A stretch of DNA of 54,917 nt from a virus. Lineage: Duplodnaviria; Caudoviricetes. The position numbers were made by a program, and so were the translations under genes. The DNA is taken from the IMG/VR virus record IMGVR_UViG_3300006752_000033, positions 1 through 54,917 of that record. One strand, given 5' to 3'. The stretch's first letter is position 1, and the number at the start of each line of letters is the position of its first letter. Below, piece after piece: positions 10,348 to 19,505 of this stretch. The notes under the pieces were generated by a model. It did no database searches. It was not told where the DNA came from and worked only from the letters and a program-made list of their open reading frames with translations.

Positions 10348-10809
10348 TTATGCGGGTTTGGTGGGCCAAGTGACCGACATTGGAAACCCAGACTGTTCTG
10401 GAATGTCTCGTAATGCTTGGCGGTAATCTAACCAGGCCTGAGAAGGAGAGTCTGTATCAGAAAACATCATCCAATCAGTTTCTCTCAATAGATAGTTTCT
10501 TTCCTGTCTAACCATCTCTTCTTGTGTAGGGTCATCAAACCCAGGCGGAGGAGGGGGAGTCCAAGCGGCCGCACTTGATGTGCCGATATCACCCACAGAC
10601 AGGGGACTAGTTTCAGTAGCAGTTTCTTGATAGTCCCAGTGTGCAACGACAAACTGAGCGTGATCTTCAATTAAACCAGTAATCGCTTCTGCTTCCCAAT
10701 TTTCTGGATTGAAGTTTTTGAAAAAATCATCCTTTCCTTCAGCGAAATATCTAACACTGAGGAACTTGTGTTTGGGTTCTGCTTTTAAGATTTCGTAAGA
10801 ATAATTCAT
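10348..10809 (-). CDS. Tail fibre assembly chaperone
   Basis: C-terminus VRQERNYLLRETDW...WLDYRQALRDIPEQSGFP..V.WPTKP is typical of tail assembly chaperones; start taken at ATG 10809. Confidence 0.85.
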   Translation of the reverse strand: MNYSYEILKAEPKHKFLSVRYFAEGKDDFFKNFNPENWEAEAITGLIEDHAQFVVAHWDYQETATETSPLSVGDIGTSSAAAWTPPPPPGFDDPTQEEMVRQERNYLLRETDWMMFSDTDSPSQAWLDYRQALRDIPEQSGFPMSVTWPTKPA

Positions 10810-10817
10810 TTTTTTAC

Positions 10818-11342
10818 CTATGACCAATATACTGTATGTGTCAAATCGTCTCCATAACTAGAAACACTGTAGTCTTTAGTATATCTTAAACGTAAGTACG
10901 ACCCTGCTCCAATCGATAAACTGCTGTTGTTGTAACTATAACCACTACCAGACTGACGCCACAACTGTGATCCTCCGTTATAAACATATCCAAAGTCATA
11001 GTTTCGTTCACTACTTATTACAGCGTTCACATTAAACGTAGCAGTGCCTCCAGAAACATTAAAATAAATATTTGCCTGAGAATTGTGTGATTTGTTCTGT
11101 GAGTATCCTGTCCACTTACTACTGCTTGTTCCTGATCCAGTGTTATACCAACTTGATCTAGACACACTTACAGAAACAGCAGATGCACCATAGAAGTTGC
11201 TAAACGAGGATGCCGCACCCGACGATTTTCCTATAAGTCCACGAATATCTGAGTCGTTGATGCTACAAAGTGTACCTGATGATCCCCCAGCTTCAATGTG
11301 TATATCGTTGAGACTGATTGTTCCACTACTCTGAAGAGCCAC
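10818..11342 (-). CDS. Putative fibre-tip adhesin with a CUB-like C-terminal domain
   Basis: MALQSSGTISLNDI...SFSNFYG N-terminus; SSERNYDF...LRYTKDYSVS.GDD C-terminus; lies between an S74 fibre and a chaperone. Confidence 0.6.
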   Translation of the reverse strand: MALQSSGTISLNDIHIEAGGSSGTLCSINDSDIRGLIGKSSGAASSFSNFYGASAVSVSVSRSSWYNTGSGTSSSKWTGYSQNKSHNSQANIYFNVSGGTATFNVNAVISSERNYDFGYVYNGGSQLWRQSGSGYSYNNSSLSIGAGSYLRLRYTKDYSVSSYGDDLTHTVYWS

Positions 11343-12897
11343 CGATCATCTCCTTCAATTCTTCAATTTGTTCTTGTTGCTCTTTGATTGCTTCAATTAA
11401 TAGTCCTACCATGTTTCCATACCTCACGACTTTAAATGCTTCGTCGGTATCTAGGTCTTTACTCTCATAAACAAGCTCCGGCAGCACCGCTTCAACTTCT
11501 TGTGCAATAACACCACTAGACTTACCCCCATCCTTCTTGTATGTAAATTGCACTCCGTTTAGAGACTTTACTTTATCAAGAGAGTTGGGGATATTAGTTA
11601 TATTTTCTTTTAGTTTAATATCTGATGGGTCAGAGTAGGCTGTAATATTTCCTTGACATCTTAGGCTGCCGTCATTGGCGAACGCGGCAACATCATCACC
11701 GCTCCGTCTTAATCTCAAAACTTCAGTGGAATTAGACCCAGATGCAATATAAAAACGATTTGAATGATACTCAATTTTTCCTTGATTTGATCCAGGATTC
11801 CCACTCCAACTCTCATTGCTTTCCTCAAGAAAATATAAACTAGGTGAATATCCATCGTCTGCTCGTATTCTTAATTGCCACTGTCCTGCGTGATTTAAAA
11901 ATCCTTGGTAATCATTATCAGCATAAAACCAACCCTGCACTGAACCCTCGTATTCAGCACACAGTTTTAACCAGTTAGCGCCCGTACCACCAGCAATCGT
12001 CCATCCATCGTCGTTATCAGAATAAAAATGCTGAGTAGTTGCCTGATTGTATAGACCTTTTCCACTATTATAATTGCGGAACCAGCCGTCAGAATAAGAT
12101 TCGGATGCCCTTACATTTTTACCAGAAGTGTCCCATGTATATCCGTCTAAGTTGTCAGCATTACCTCCATCAGCAGAAGTAATGTATCCAGCACCATTCG
12201 TCAATTGATTATTGTTCGTTGGGATAGTAGGTTTGCCAGTTAGATCAGCATAAGCACCAGAGAATAATGTAGGTTTACCTGTTAGGTCGGCATACGCGCC
12301 ACTGAATGTAGAATACGATCCCAAGTCACTGATCTGTGACTCAGTAATTGAGAGCGCGGCTTGATGACCAGTGACATCAGATTCGGTTACAGTGTACCCT
12401 GTGATGTATGATGCACCGTTAGTCAATTCGTTGTTGTTCGTTGGGATAGTAGGTGTACCAGTGAGGTCACTGTATGCACCACTTGATGCAACAGTAGCAA
12501 GACCCAGATTGGTCACTGCATTTGTCTTTTGCGCTGAGGTTAAGGACTGATCGTCTACATCAATGCGTAATCGATTACCAAGAGATGTTGCAGTTGTCGT
12601 AGAAAAACTAGCATCGTCTCCGAGCGCCGCGGCAAGTTCATTGAGCGTGTTTAAAGTTGAAGGCGCAGAGTCTACTAGATCGCTTGTCCGTGTGCCGATT
12701 CTATCATCAATCGCCGCCGCAGTCATAAACTTCGTGTTTACGTCTGAAAAAGAATCTGTACTATGAATAACTGCGGTGTTGGCAAATCCACTTACTTTGA
12801 GTCCTTCATCGGCAGAATCTTTGACACCTTTGTTTGTATTTTTTAAGAGTTTTCCTCTGACGTTATCAAAGAAAAACTTTCTGTTTCTACGAGCCAT
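11326..12897 (-). CDS. Tail fibre with C-terminal peptidase S74 intramolecular chaperone
   Basis: APSTLNTLNELAAALGDD fibre motif, SGAYADLTGKPT repeats, SDIKLKENI...GVIAQEVE..LPELV...LLIEAIKE. The start at 12897 gives a TAATG overlap with the upstream gene. Confidence 0.88.
   Translation of the reverse strand: MARRNRKFFFDNVRGKLLKNTNKGVKDSADEGLKVSGFANTAVIHSTDSFSDVNTKFMTAAAIDDRIGTRTSDLVDSAPSTLNTLNELAAALGDDASFSTTTATSLGNRLRIDVDDQSLTSAQKTNAVTNLGLATVASSGAYSDLTGTPTIPTNNNELTNGASYITGYTVTESDVTGHQAALSITESQISDLGSYSTFSGAYADLTGKPTLFSGAYADLTGKPTIPTNNNQLTNGAGYITSADGGNADNLDGYTWDTSGKNVRASESYSDGWFRNYNSGKGLYNQATTQHFYSDNDDGWTIAGGTGANWLKLCAEYEGSVQGWFYADNDYQGFLNHAGQWQLRIRADDGYSPSLYFLEESNESWSGNPGSNQGKIEYHSNRFYIASGSNSTEVLRLRRSGDDVAAFANDGSLRCQGNITAYSDPSDIKLKENITNIPNSLDKVKSLNGVQFTYKKDGGKSSGVIAQEVEAVLPELVYESKDLDTDEAFKVVRYGNMVGLLIEAIKEQQEQIEELKEMIGGSSE
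12180..12490 (-). repeat. Internal fibre repeats (SGAYxDLTGxPT x3; IPTNNNxLTNGAxYIT x2)
   Basis: Visible in the translation and as near-identical DNA, e.g. ttgttcgttgggatagtaggt near 12213 and 12434. Confidence 0.85.
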
Positions 12898-13850
12898 TAT
12901 TGTGCAACCTCTATCGTCTTGACAATTGCAGTCCATCGAATCGTCTTACTAGCGACACCAGTTACAAACACATTGATTGCATCGTTTGTGTCATCTGCCC
13001 TAACATCGACGGACATGTTTACATCATCCTGAGCGACAGCAATTTCGTAAACATCACCTACGTCAGCGACAGTACCAGAGAAGTTGTCTGCACAACCCTT
13101 CAAGTGCCACGCACCAGACTCTCCTGTTGCGTCTGTCCTTCTAGAAACAATATTTACTTCATAAAACATTGTTGTGTTTGAGGGTACAGAAATTCTAGTT
13201 GAACCTCCTATCAATACTTCTGTCTCAGTGGCATCTGTTGTTGTGCCGTACAGAACATATTGTTTGGTGTAGAAGTCAGTCGCGCCCTGTGTTGTAGTGC
13301 CAGTGAGACCAGTGTTTCCCGTAATGTCAATATTACCCGTTCCAGTAATATCGTTTGAGTTTAAATCTAGATCGCCCCCAAGTTGCGGAGTAGTATCACT
13401 CACCAAATCTGTTGAGACAGTGGCAAAAGAAAGCGTACCACTGCCATCCGTCTTTAAAAACTGGCCAGCAGAACCGTCTGAAGTGGGATACGTCAATCCC
13501 ATTGCAGTAAGGGAAATATTGACTGTGAGACTTCTAAAGATTTCGTCGTAATGCAACAGACCCAAATCTGTTGGGGTGAGTCCATTGTTTTCTGTTTCTG
13601 CAATGGACCCCAGATCGCCAGTATGACTAAAAGTAGTTAAATCACCAAAATCCTGAGTATCGTTTGCAGAAGCAAATGTAATACTCCCAGCTGAGGAAGA
13701 AGATGAACCAAGAGAGACAACCGTACCATCAACCTTTTTAGAATGGATAGTACCATCCGCTAGGTTTATGGCAAGTTCCCCAACAGCTAAATCACTGGCA
13801 GTAGGAGCTCCACTTGATTCACTTCTTTTTGGCTTGATGATATTCGTCAT
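12897..13850 (-). CDS. Fibre-like virion protein
   Basis: IKPKRS...PTASDL.VGELAINLADG N-terminus; DGSAGQFLKTDGSGTLSF and DTTPQLGGDLD fibre motifs. Confidence 0.75.
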   Translation of the reverse strand: MTNIIKPKRSESSGAPTASDLAVGELAINLADGTIHSKKVDGTVVSLGSSSSSAGSITFASANDTQDFGDLTTFSHTGDLGSIAETENNGLTPTDLGLLHYDEIFRSLTVNISLTAMGLTYPTSDGSAGQFLKTDGSGTLSFATVSTDLVSDTTPQLGGDLDLNSNDITGTGNIDITGNTGLTGTTTQGATDFYTKQYVLYGTTTDATETEVLIGGSTRISVPSNTTMFYEVNIVSRRTDATGESGAWHLKGCADNFSGTVADVGDVYEIAVAQDDVNMSVDVRADDTNDAINVFVTGVASKTIRWTAIVKTIEVAQ

Positions 13851-14027
13851 TTACTTCTTTTCTTTTTTCTCTTCCGGCTCGGACAACCCAGGCATTTCTG
13901 TAGCTGAATCTTGTAGTTTTGCGTTTGCATTCTCCAAGTGAGCTTTGAGAAGTAAATTCTCTTGGGTCAATTCGTTAATTTTGCTGGTCAACTTATTCAC
14001 ATAAAGTTGCAAAAATTCTTCGTCCAT
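13851..14027 (-). CDS. Small coiled-coil hypothetical protein
   Basis: GGAG RBS before ATG 14027; heptad-like LTSKINELTQENLLLKAHL. Confidence 0.65.
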   Translation of the reverse strand: MDEEFLQLYVNKLTSKINELTQENLLLKAHLENANAKLQDSATEMPGLSEPEEKKEKK

Positions 14028-14042
14028 AATATTCTCCATATT

Positions 14043-14065
14043 AAAACGGGGGGACGTATCCCCCC
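14043..14065 (-). terminator. Rho-independent terminator candidate
   Basis: Minus strand GGGGGGA-TACG-TCCCCCC followed by GTTTT, just after the 515-aa fibre gene. Confidence 0.7.
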
Positions 14066-14077
14066 TCAGTAAACTAT

Positions 14078-15625
14078 TTAGTAAGTACCACCATCGATGG
14101 TAGCATTAGCAATAGTTTTTGAAGTACCACCAGCCAAGAAAGTACCGACTCTTGTATCTGTGTAGTACAGGTTAGTTGATCCTTCACTGAGATCATCCGT
14201 GTCAAAGTTAGAAATACTAGAAACAGTACCAGTTACGTTACCTGTTACATTACCTTCAAGGTTTGCAACAAGAGTACCCACTGTGTATCCAGTTCCACCC
14301 GTATTGACGGTAGTGGTCGGAGCTGATTGTAGGTCTTTAAACAACTTCCACTTACCACTGTCAGATGCATCACGGAATAGACCAGAGTACAGGTCTAGCG
14401 AACCAGATGTGTCATACAGACCATAGAAACCAAGGTCAACAGAGTCAGAAGCACCGTTACCAGAACCAATTGAGAACAATGGGTCGGTCACTTCCAAGTT
14501 TGTTGTGGCAACAGTAGTTGTTGTTCCGTTTACAGTAAGGTTACCAGCGATTGTTACATCATCTGGCAGACCGATAGTGATCTGGTTATTAGAAACCGCA
14601 GTTTCGATCTCATTTGTTGTACCAGCGAATGTAAGTGTTTCACCACCAGCAACCGTGTCAGTACTTCCACTGTCAGCGGCAACATCAAAAGAAGTTGCAA
14701 TAGACTGTGTTGAAACAGCAGTTACAAGACCCTTAGCGTTGACTGTAATAACGGGAACAGCCGTTGTAGAACCGAAAGAACCTACGTTACTGTTTACTGT
14801 TGCGAGAGTAGAGGTTCCACTTACTGCTGCTGAACCATCAAAGGCAGCAGAAGTCCATGAGACATCTCCTGTCATACCAACTGTGCGAGCAGTTGCGAGA
14901 GCAGTAGCAGTATCAGCATTACCTGTTACGTCACCAGTAATATCACCAGTAACGTCACCTGTTACGTTGCCCGTAAGTGGACCAGTAATACCCGCAAAGG
15001 TGACACTAGCGTTCGTAGCAACGTCCTGACCAATACTAATCGCATCAGCGGCAACTGTAACACCAGTACCAGCACCAACATTCAGAGTGACATCACCAGA
15101 TGTTCCACCACCAGTTAGACCGGAACCAGCGACAACAGACTCAATGTCACCGGCATCGTTTGTAAATGAAATTACACCAGTAGTAGAGTTGTATGAAATA
15201 TCACCACTAGCAGATATAGCAGCTCTTGCTCTAGCAGTAGTGTGGTAAAGGTTGGTTGAACCTTCAGAGATGTCATCTGTATCGTGGTTACTAACATCAC
15301 TAACTGTACCAGTGACATTACCAGTTACGTTGCCTGTGAGTGCAGCAGTAATTGTACCAGCAGAGAAGTTACCAGAACCATCTCTCTTTACAATTTTAGA
15401 TGCGGTGTTAGCATTAGTGGCGCCATCTACCTCATCGGTGTAGTACTTACCACCGATGGTGTGAATAACTGCGTTAGAACCACTATCAACCGACTCCATA
15501 TATAATTTTGCAGAAGCACCATCATTAGAGGTATCTTGTGCATAAGCCATTTCACCGTTGAGCAAGTCGCTGGTAGCTGGAGCGGCGCTGCCCGTTGACC
15601 TTTTAATCTGAATTGTTGTTGACAT
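14078..15625 (-). CDS. Thr/Gly/Ser-rich fibre-like virion protein
   Basis: TIQIKRSTG N-terminus, GNVTG/GDVTG repeats, two copies of DTDD(I/L)SEGSTNLY, C-terminal IDGGTY. Confidence 0.8.
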   Translation of the reverse strand: MSTTIQIKRSTGSAAPATSDLLNGEMAYAQDTSNDGASAKLYMESVDSGSNAVIHTIGGKYYTDEVDGATNANTASKIVKRDGSGNFSAGTITAALTGNVTGNVTGTVSDVSNHDTDDISEGSTNLYHTTARARAAISASGDISYNSTTGVISFTNDAGDIESVVAGSGLTGGGTSGDVTLNVGAGTGVTVAADAISIGQDVATNASVTFAGITGPLTGNVTGDVTGDITGDVTGNADTATALATARTVGMTGDVSWTSAAFDGSAAVSGTSTLATVNSNVGSFGSTTAVPVITVNAKGLVTAVSTQSIATSFDVAADSGSTDTVAGGETLTFAGTTNEIETAVSNNQITIGLPDDVTIAGNLTVNGTTTTVATTNLEVTDPLFSIGSGNGASDSVDLGFYGLYDTSGSLDLYSGLFRDASDSGKWKLFKDLQSAPTTTVNTGGTGYTVGTLVANLEGNVTGNVTGTVSSISNFDTDDLSEGSTNLYYTDTRVGTFLAGGTSKTIANATIDGGTY

Positions 15626-15663
15626 TTAACTTTCTCCCTAGAGTTTTTATGTTTTTATTTTTT

Positions 15664-15927
15664 TTAAAATGTTCCACCATCTATAGAATTGACACTTACA
15701 TTAGCTGAAGACAGGGGAGCGGATTCCCAATTGCCCGAGTCTGAGTCATATACTAACGTATCGCCGTCTGCCAAGTTTTGTAAGTCTACCCCCTGTAGAC
15801 CATCGATACTTGTAGAGGTCTGTGTCTTTGATGTGTTGGTTACTGCTGTTTTTAATCTAGCAGTAGTACTTGGAGACTGCGTTACTATTCTAGTCCCAGA
15901 CGAACCCAGTGTTACGTTGACAGCCAT
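15664..15927 (-). CDS. Small structural protein
   Basis: LADGDTLVYDSDSGNW fibre-type motif; ends IDGGTF. Confidence 0.7.
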   Translation of the reverse strand: MAVNVTLGSSGTRIVTQSPSTTARLKTAVTNTSKTQTSTSIDGLQGVDLQNLADGDTLVYDSDSGNWESAPLSSANVSVNSIDGGTF

Positions 15928-16253
15928 TACTTAGTCACCTCCGGTGTTACGGTTACTATACCCTCCAAGATTCTCAGAGTTTCGACCGAACTAGCAATCT
16001 CAATGTCATAGACATATCTTCCAGATTTTATATCACTGGTCTGAGCGGCAGTCAATGAAATTGTTATCTCTCCTGTGCCGTCTACTTTTGCTGTTGTAAA
16101 ATCTGTATAAGTATTAGTATAATAACTTTTTCGCAGTTGTGCGGACACGGTATAATCTGTCAAGACTTTTGCCGTCCCGTCATCGTTGGTCAGAGTTATT
16201 GTCAAGGAAAACGTTGTACCCTGATCTATTGTGATATTCTGTACAGTGGCCAT
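15927..16253 (-). CDS. Small virion structural protein (Ig/BppU-like beta sandwich)
   Basis: NITIDQGTTF, ISLTAAQT, GRYVYDIEI, RILEGIVTVTPEVT. Confidence 0.75.
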   Translation of the reverse strand: MATVQNITIDQGTTFSLTITLTNDDGTAKVLTDYTVSAQLRKSYYTNTYTDFTTAKVDGTGEITISLTAAQTSDIKSGRYVYDIEIASSVETLRILEGIVTVTPEVTK

Positions 16254-16275
16254 TTTCTATCCTTTTTGTTCTTAT

Positions 16276-16283
16276 TATTTATA
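16276..16283 (-). promoter_or_regulatory. T4-type late promoter TATAAATA overlapping a 7-bp inverted repeat
   Basis: Exact consensus; TTCTTAT-tattt-ATAAGAA at 16269-16287. Confidence 0.8.
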
Positions 16284-16297
16284 AGAAAGAGAATATT

Positions 16298-17032
16298 ATG
16301 AAAACAGTTGTGACGGTTCTTTATGGTGAAAAGTATAGTGCGGATGACGTACACTATATTTATGATAAAACCAAACAGTACAATCATATATGCATCGTAG
16401 ATGACGAGAACAGCAAACACCTTAACAAAAATATAAAACAAATCCGAATAGAAGAACCAGAGGGACACTGGGAGAAGATAAAAATATTCAAAAATAATTG
16501 GCAAGGGGATTGCCTTTACCTAGACTTAGATGTTATAATACAGGGTAGTCTAGACAAATTGTTCGACCACTGTTCAAAACCAACAATTTGTTATTGTTAC
16601 TGGAAGGCTCCGTGGGATACCAGTGAGAATAAAATCTACAACAAACCAAAAAAGTATCATTTTGACGATGGTTCTGATGATCTACCTTGGACATATAAGT
16701 GGTTGGGATTGTGGAATTCCAGCGTGATGGCATGGAACGGGAATGACGCGAGATATATCTACGACTACTTTGAAGATAACGATCAATATTTTATGACTAA
16801 ATACTGTGGAGACGATAGATTTTTATACCACGAAAAACTCTTCGACAACACATTTCCCAAGGGATTGATGTACTCGTTTCAAGCCGGAGTAGATTACGAC
16901 ACAGACGTATCCCCAAGAGGATATAAAATAAAACCAGAATATCCAATCGTGATTATGAATGGTCTAACTGCAAAAGATGAGTTGAGAAAAAAATATTATG
17001 ATGCACTTTCTCTGCATGAAATGGGGAAATAA
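16298..17032 (+). CDS. GT-A fold glycosyltransferase-like protein (paralog 1)
   Basis: YGEKYS, W.KIKIF, LYLDLDVII (DxD), WNSSVM.W, GDDRFL. Confidence 0.75.
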   Translation: MKTVVTVLYGEKYSADDVHYIYDKTKQYNHICIVDDENSKHLNKNIKQIRIEEPEGHWEKIKIFKNNWQGDCLYLDLDVIIQGSLDKLFDHCSKPTICYCYWKAPWDTSENKIYNKPKKYHFDDGSDDLPWTYKWLGLWNSSVMAWNGNDARYIYDYFEDNDQYFMTKYCGDDRFLYHEKLFDNTFPKGLMYSFQAGVDYDTDVSPRGYKIKPEYPIVIMNGLTAKDELRKKYYDALSLHEMGK

Positions 17033-19505
17033 GTACTCGGCAGAATATGTAAACAATTTACGCAACATGGTTCAACAGAACTATACCAAGCGGCACAAGT
17101 TTATATGTTACACCGATGATCCAGATGGTATTGACAAAGGCATAACCATTCGATCAATACCCAGAGTTGACCCACTGCATCCCGACTACTGGTTCGGCAA
17201 AGAGAACTACTGTTGGGACAGATCAAAATTTCTAGTACTAAATTCTCACCATTGGTTGCGTACCAAGGGCCCGTTCTGTTATATTGATTTAGATGTTGTC
17301 ATTCAAAACAACATCGATGACATATTTGAACTCTCTGCAACACCACACATGTTGTATTCAAACTGGGAAAATCCCTCAGTGTTGCATGATAGACGTTTCA
17401 AAGACATAAGAGGCACTCTGCATAACTCCAGCGTAATGTTGTGGTGTAACGATGCAGGGGAAAAAATTTACAATGATGTCCTAAAACACAAGGACACGAT
17501 ATTCAAAACCTTCTGGAAGGGAACCGACAATTACTATCCTTGGAGAGAACACCAAGTGGTAGGGGATGGGTACTGGTCTTTCCTTCCCTCGGAGTGGGCG
17601 TATTCTTATAATCGCGGCCAACAATACCCAGATGATGTTACTCCGCATCTATACAGGGAAGAACCAAAGTTTTGTATCTTTGAAGCACCAGTTGTACCCA
17701 AGAGAACAAAGTTTTTTAAACCGCATGATGTGAAGGACTATAACCTTCTGATACACTGGCACGGCAAGACAGAGTTTGAAAGACTTTGGTTGCCCAAATT
17801 TCCTAGTACATTTTTTACCAAAAACAAACACACCGATAAAATATCAGAACTTTTGAAGAACAAAGACTACGATACATTGCAGTCAAAGTTTGAGAAAGAC
17901 CTGCCCCAATTGAAAGATGATTGGGAAAAGTATTCGAGTAAGTTTGAAACTCTGCGTGAGTGGTTGGGATTTGATTCCGTATCAGATGACTCACTAGAAA
18001 AAAACTACATGAATCAAGATGTGGTATCGTCAATCAAAAGTCTGGTTGACCAAAATGATTTACAATCTTTGTCTGAGAAACTAATCAAAGACTTTCCAGA
18101 ACTAAAAGAATACTTTGCCAAACCCGTGGAAGAAGTCAAAAAACTTGTTCCAGAACTAGAACGTGAAGTCTCAGACATGAAGTTTATCAGGATGATCGAA
18201 CCTCACCACAAAGGAGTCATCAAGGATTTATTTGAATCTGGTGACATGATATCAATGCACTTGAAATTTTGTGCAGACTTCCCAGAAGACAGACTACTCC
18301 AAGAAGGTGACCAATCTCTATATTGGAATAAAGATGCAGATGATATCTATGATTTTTACAAACAAAGATATATCAACAAGATGCAACGAGTAGTATATAA
18401 AGAGGCAAAAGATTGTGGGCCAGTGAGATACTTTTGGAACGTCAGCAATCTACAATGTTTTGCTCTTTACAAAAGACTTTGGAAGAATAATACACTTCCT
18501 AAAATCAAACACGATGTTATGGAAAACATCAAACAACATGGGTTACAAAGAATATTTTGGGATTCATCGGAGTCGGACATACAGGCATTGTATAAAAAAT
18601 ATTATGTTAATACTCTAAAGGAACTATTCTATAAACAAGACTATGAAAAAGTATTTGAACGTCTGTATAATATCATGCCGAAACAAGAGTTGTTGTCGAT
18701 TCTAAATCAAGACAATGTATCGGACAACGACACTCTGATAAAATACTTTCAAATGCATGGGGAACAATTCAGTGACCTATATCACGGACTGTATGATGAC
18801 GGTGCTCCAGATGGAGCTCTGATTCAATTGAGTACAACGCAGAACGACACCGGAGATGAATTCAATGACCTATTTGTAAACGGCAAAGAACACAGTCCGG
18901 CATCGATCAAGAATATATTTGACAAATTCAAAGTCAACTGGGTCACGTTTATGTGCGAAACTTCTGACCCCACAAAGTCGCAACACCTAGAGGACATCTG
19001 TAAGTACTTCAAAGAAAAAAATGTTACCATCACCGTACAGACATATAACAAAAATTTTATCAAACCAATCTACATTGACAACTTACAATATGTGCCGCAG
19101 CCACAGAAAGCAGAATCAGAAAACGGGGTAACAGAGATAATAGCAAGTGACATCCCCGTGAACCTAGAGACTTTGAAAATGTTCAAGAAGTCAGATGAGA
19201 TAAGACCGATCAAAAGAAAAATGAAAGAGAGAGACCCCGTGTGGTGTGACTCAAGAAAGTCTGGCTACTTCTATGTCAACTCAGCTGGAAATGCGTTTCC
19301 CTGCGCCTTTATTTCTAGAGACGTAGAAGAAAATAAACTATTGCCGCACCATCCCCTTGACTATACCTACAATAGACGGTATAATGATCTAAGTAAGTTC
19401 TCTGTTGGTGAAGTAATATTCAATCACGACTTTGAAAATATAAGTCAACACCTAAAACGAAAACCGTTAAACATATGCACCAAAAGATGTGGGGGGTGTA
19501 AGTGA
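16998..19505 (+). CDS. Fusion protein: glycosyltransferase-like domain (paralog 2), helical repeats and a degenerate radical SAM/SPASM-like C-terminus
   Basis: N-terminal CMKWGNKY, CYTDD, YIDLDVVI, NSSVMLW; C-terminal C..RKSGYFYVNSAGNAFPC...CTKRCGGC; no CxxxCxxC near the expected radical SAM core. Confidence 0.7.
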   Translation: MMHFLCMKWGNKYSAEYVNNLRNMVQQNYTKRHKFICYTDDPDGIDKGITIRSIPRVDPLHPDYWFGKENYCWDRSKFLVLNSHHWLRTKGPFCYIDLDVVIQNNIDDIFELSATPHMLYSNWENPSVLHDRRFKDIRGTLHNSSVMLWCNDAGEKIYNDVLKHKDTIFKTFWKGTDNYYPWREHQVVGDGYWSFLPSEWAYSYNRGQQYPDDVTPHLYREEPKFCIFEAPVVPKRTKFFKPHDVKDYNLLIHWHGKTEFERLWLPKFPSTFFTKNKHTDKISELLKNKDYDTLQSKFEKDLPQLKDDWEKYSSKFETLREWLGFDSVSDDSLEKNYMNQDVVSSIKSLVDQNDLQSLSEKLIKDFPELKEYFAKPVEEVKKLVPELEREVSDMKFIRMIEPHHKGVIKDLFESGDMISMHLKFCADFPEDRLLQEGDQSLYWNKDADDIYDFYKQRYINKMQRVVYKEAKDCGPVRYFWNVSNLQCFALYKRLWKNNTLPKIKHDVMENIKQHGLQRIFWDSSESDIQALYKKYYVNTLKELFYKQDYEKVFERLYNIMPKQELLSILNQDNVSDNDTLIKYFQMHGEQFSDLYHGLYDDGAPDGALIQLSTTQNDTGDEFNDLFVNGKEHSPASIKNIFDKFKVNWVTFMCETSDPTKSQHLEDICKYFKEKNVTITVQTYNKNFIKPIYIDNLQYVPQPQKAESENGVTEIIASDIPVNLETLKMFKKSDEIRPIKRKMKERDPVWCDSRKSGYFYVNSAGNAFPCAFISRDVEENKLLPHHPLDYTYNRRYNDLSKFSVGEVIFNHDFENISQHLKRKPLNICTKRCGGCK

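Noticed and set aside
11900-12130. Shufflon/PilV-like GWFRN motif in the fibre, suggesting an inversion system
   Set aside because: No recombinase gene, inverted cassettes or repeated crossover sites seen; the motif is a common fibre module.
16226-16504. Hydrophobic 92-aa minus-strand ORF
   Set aside because: Antisense to an A-rich, charged-residue GT gene, which gives hydrophobic shadows automatically; it spans the promoter region and shows no local codon anomaly like the one at 19643-19861.
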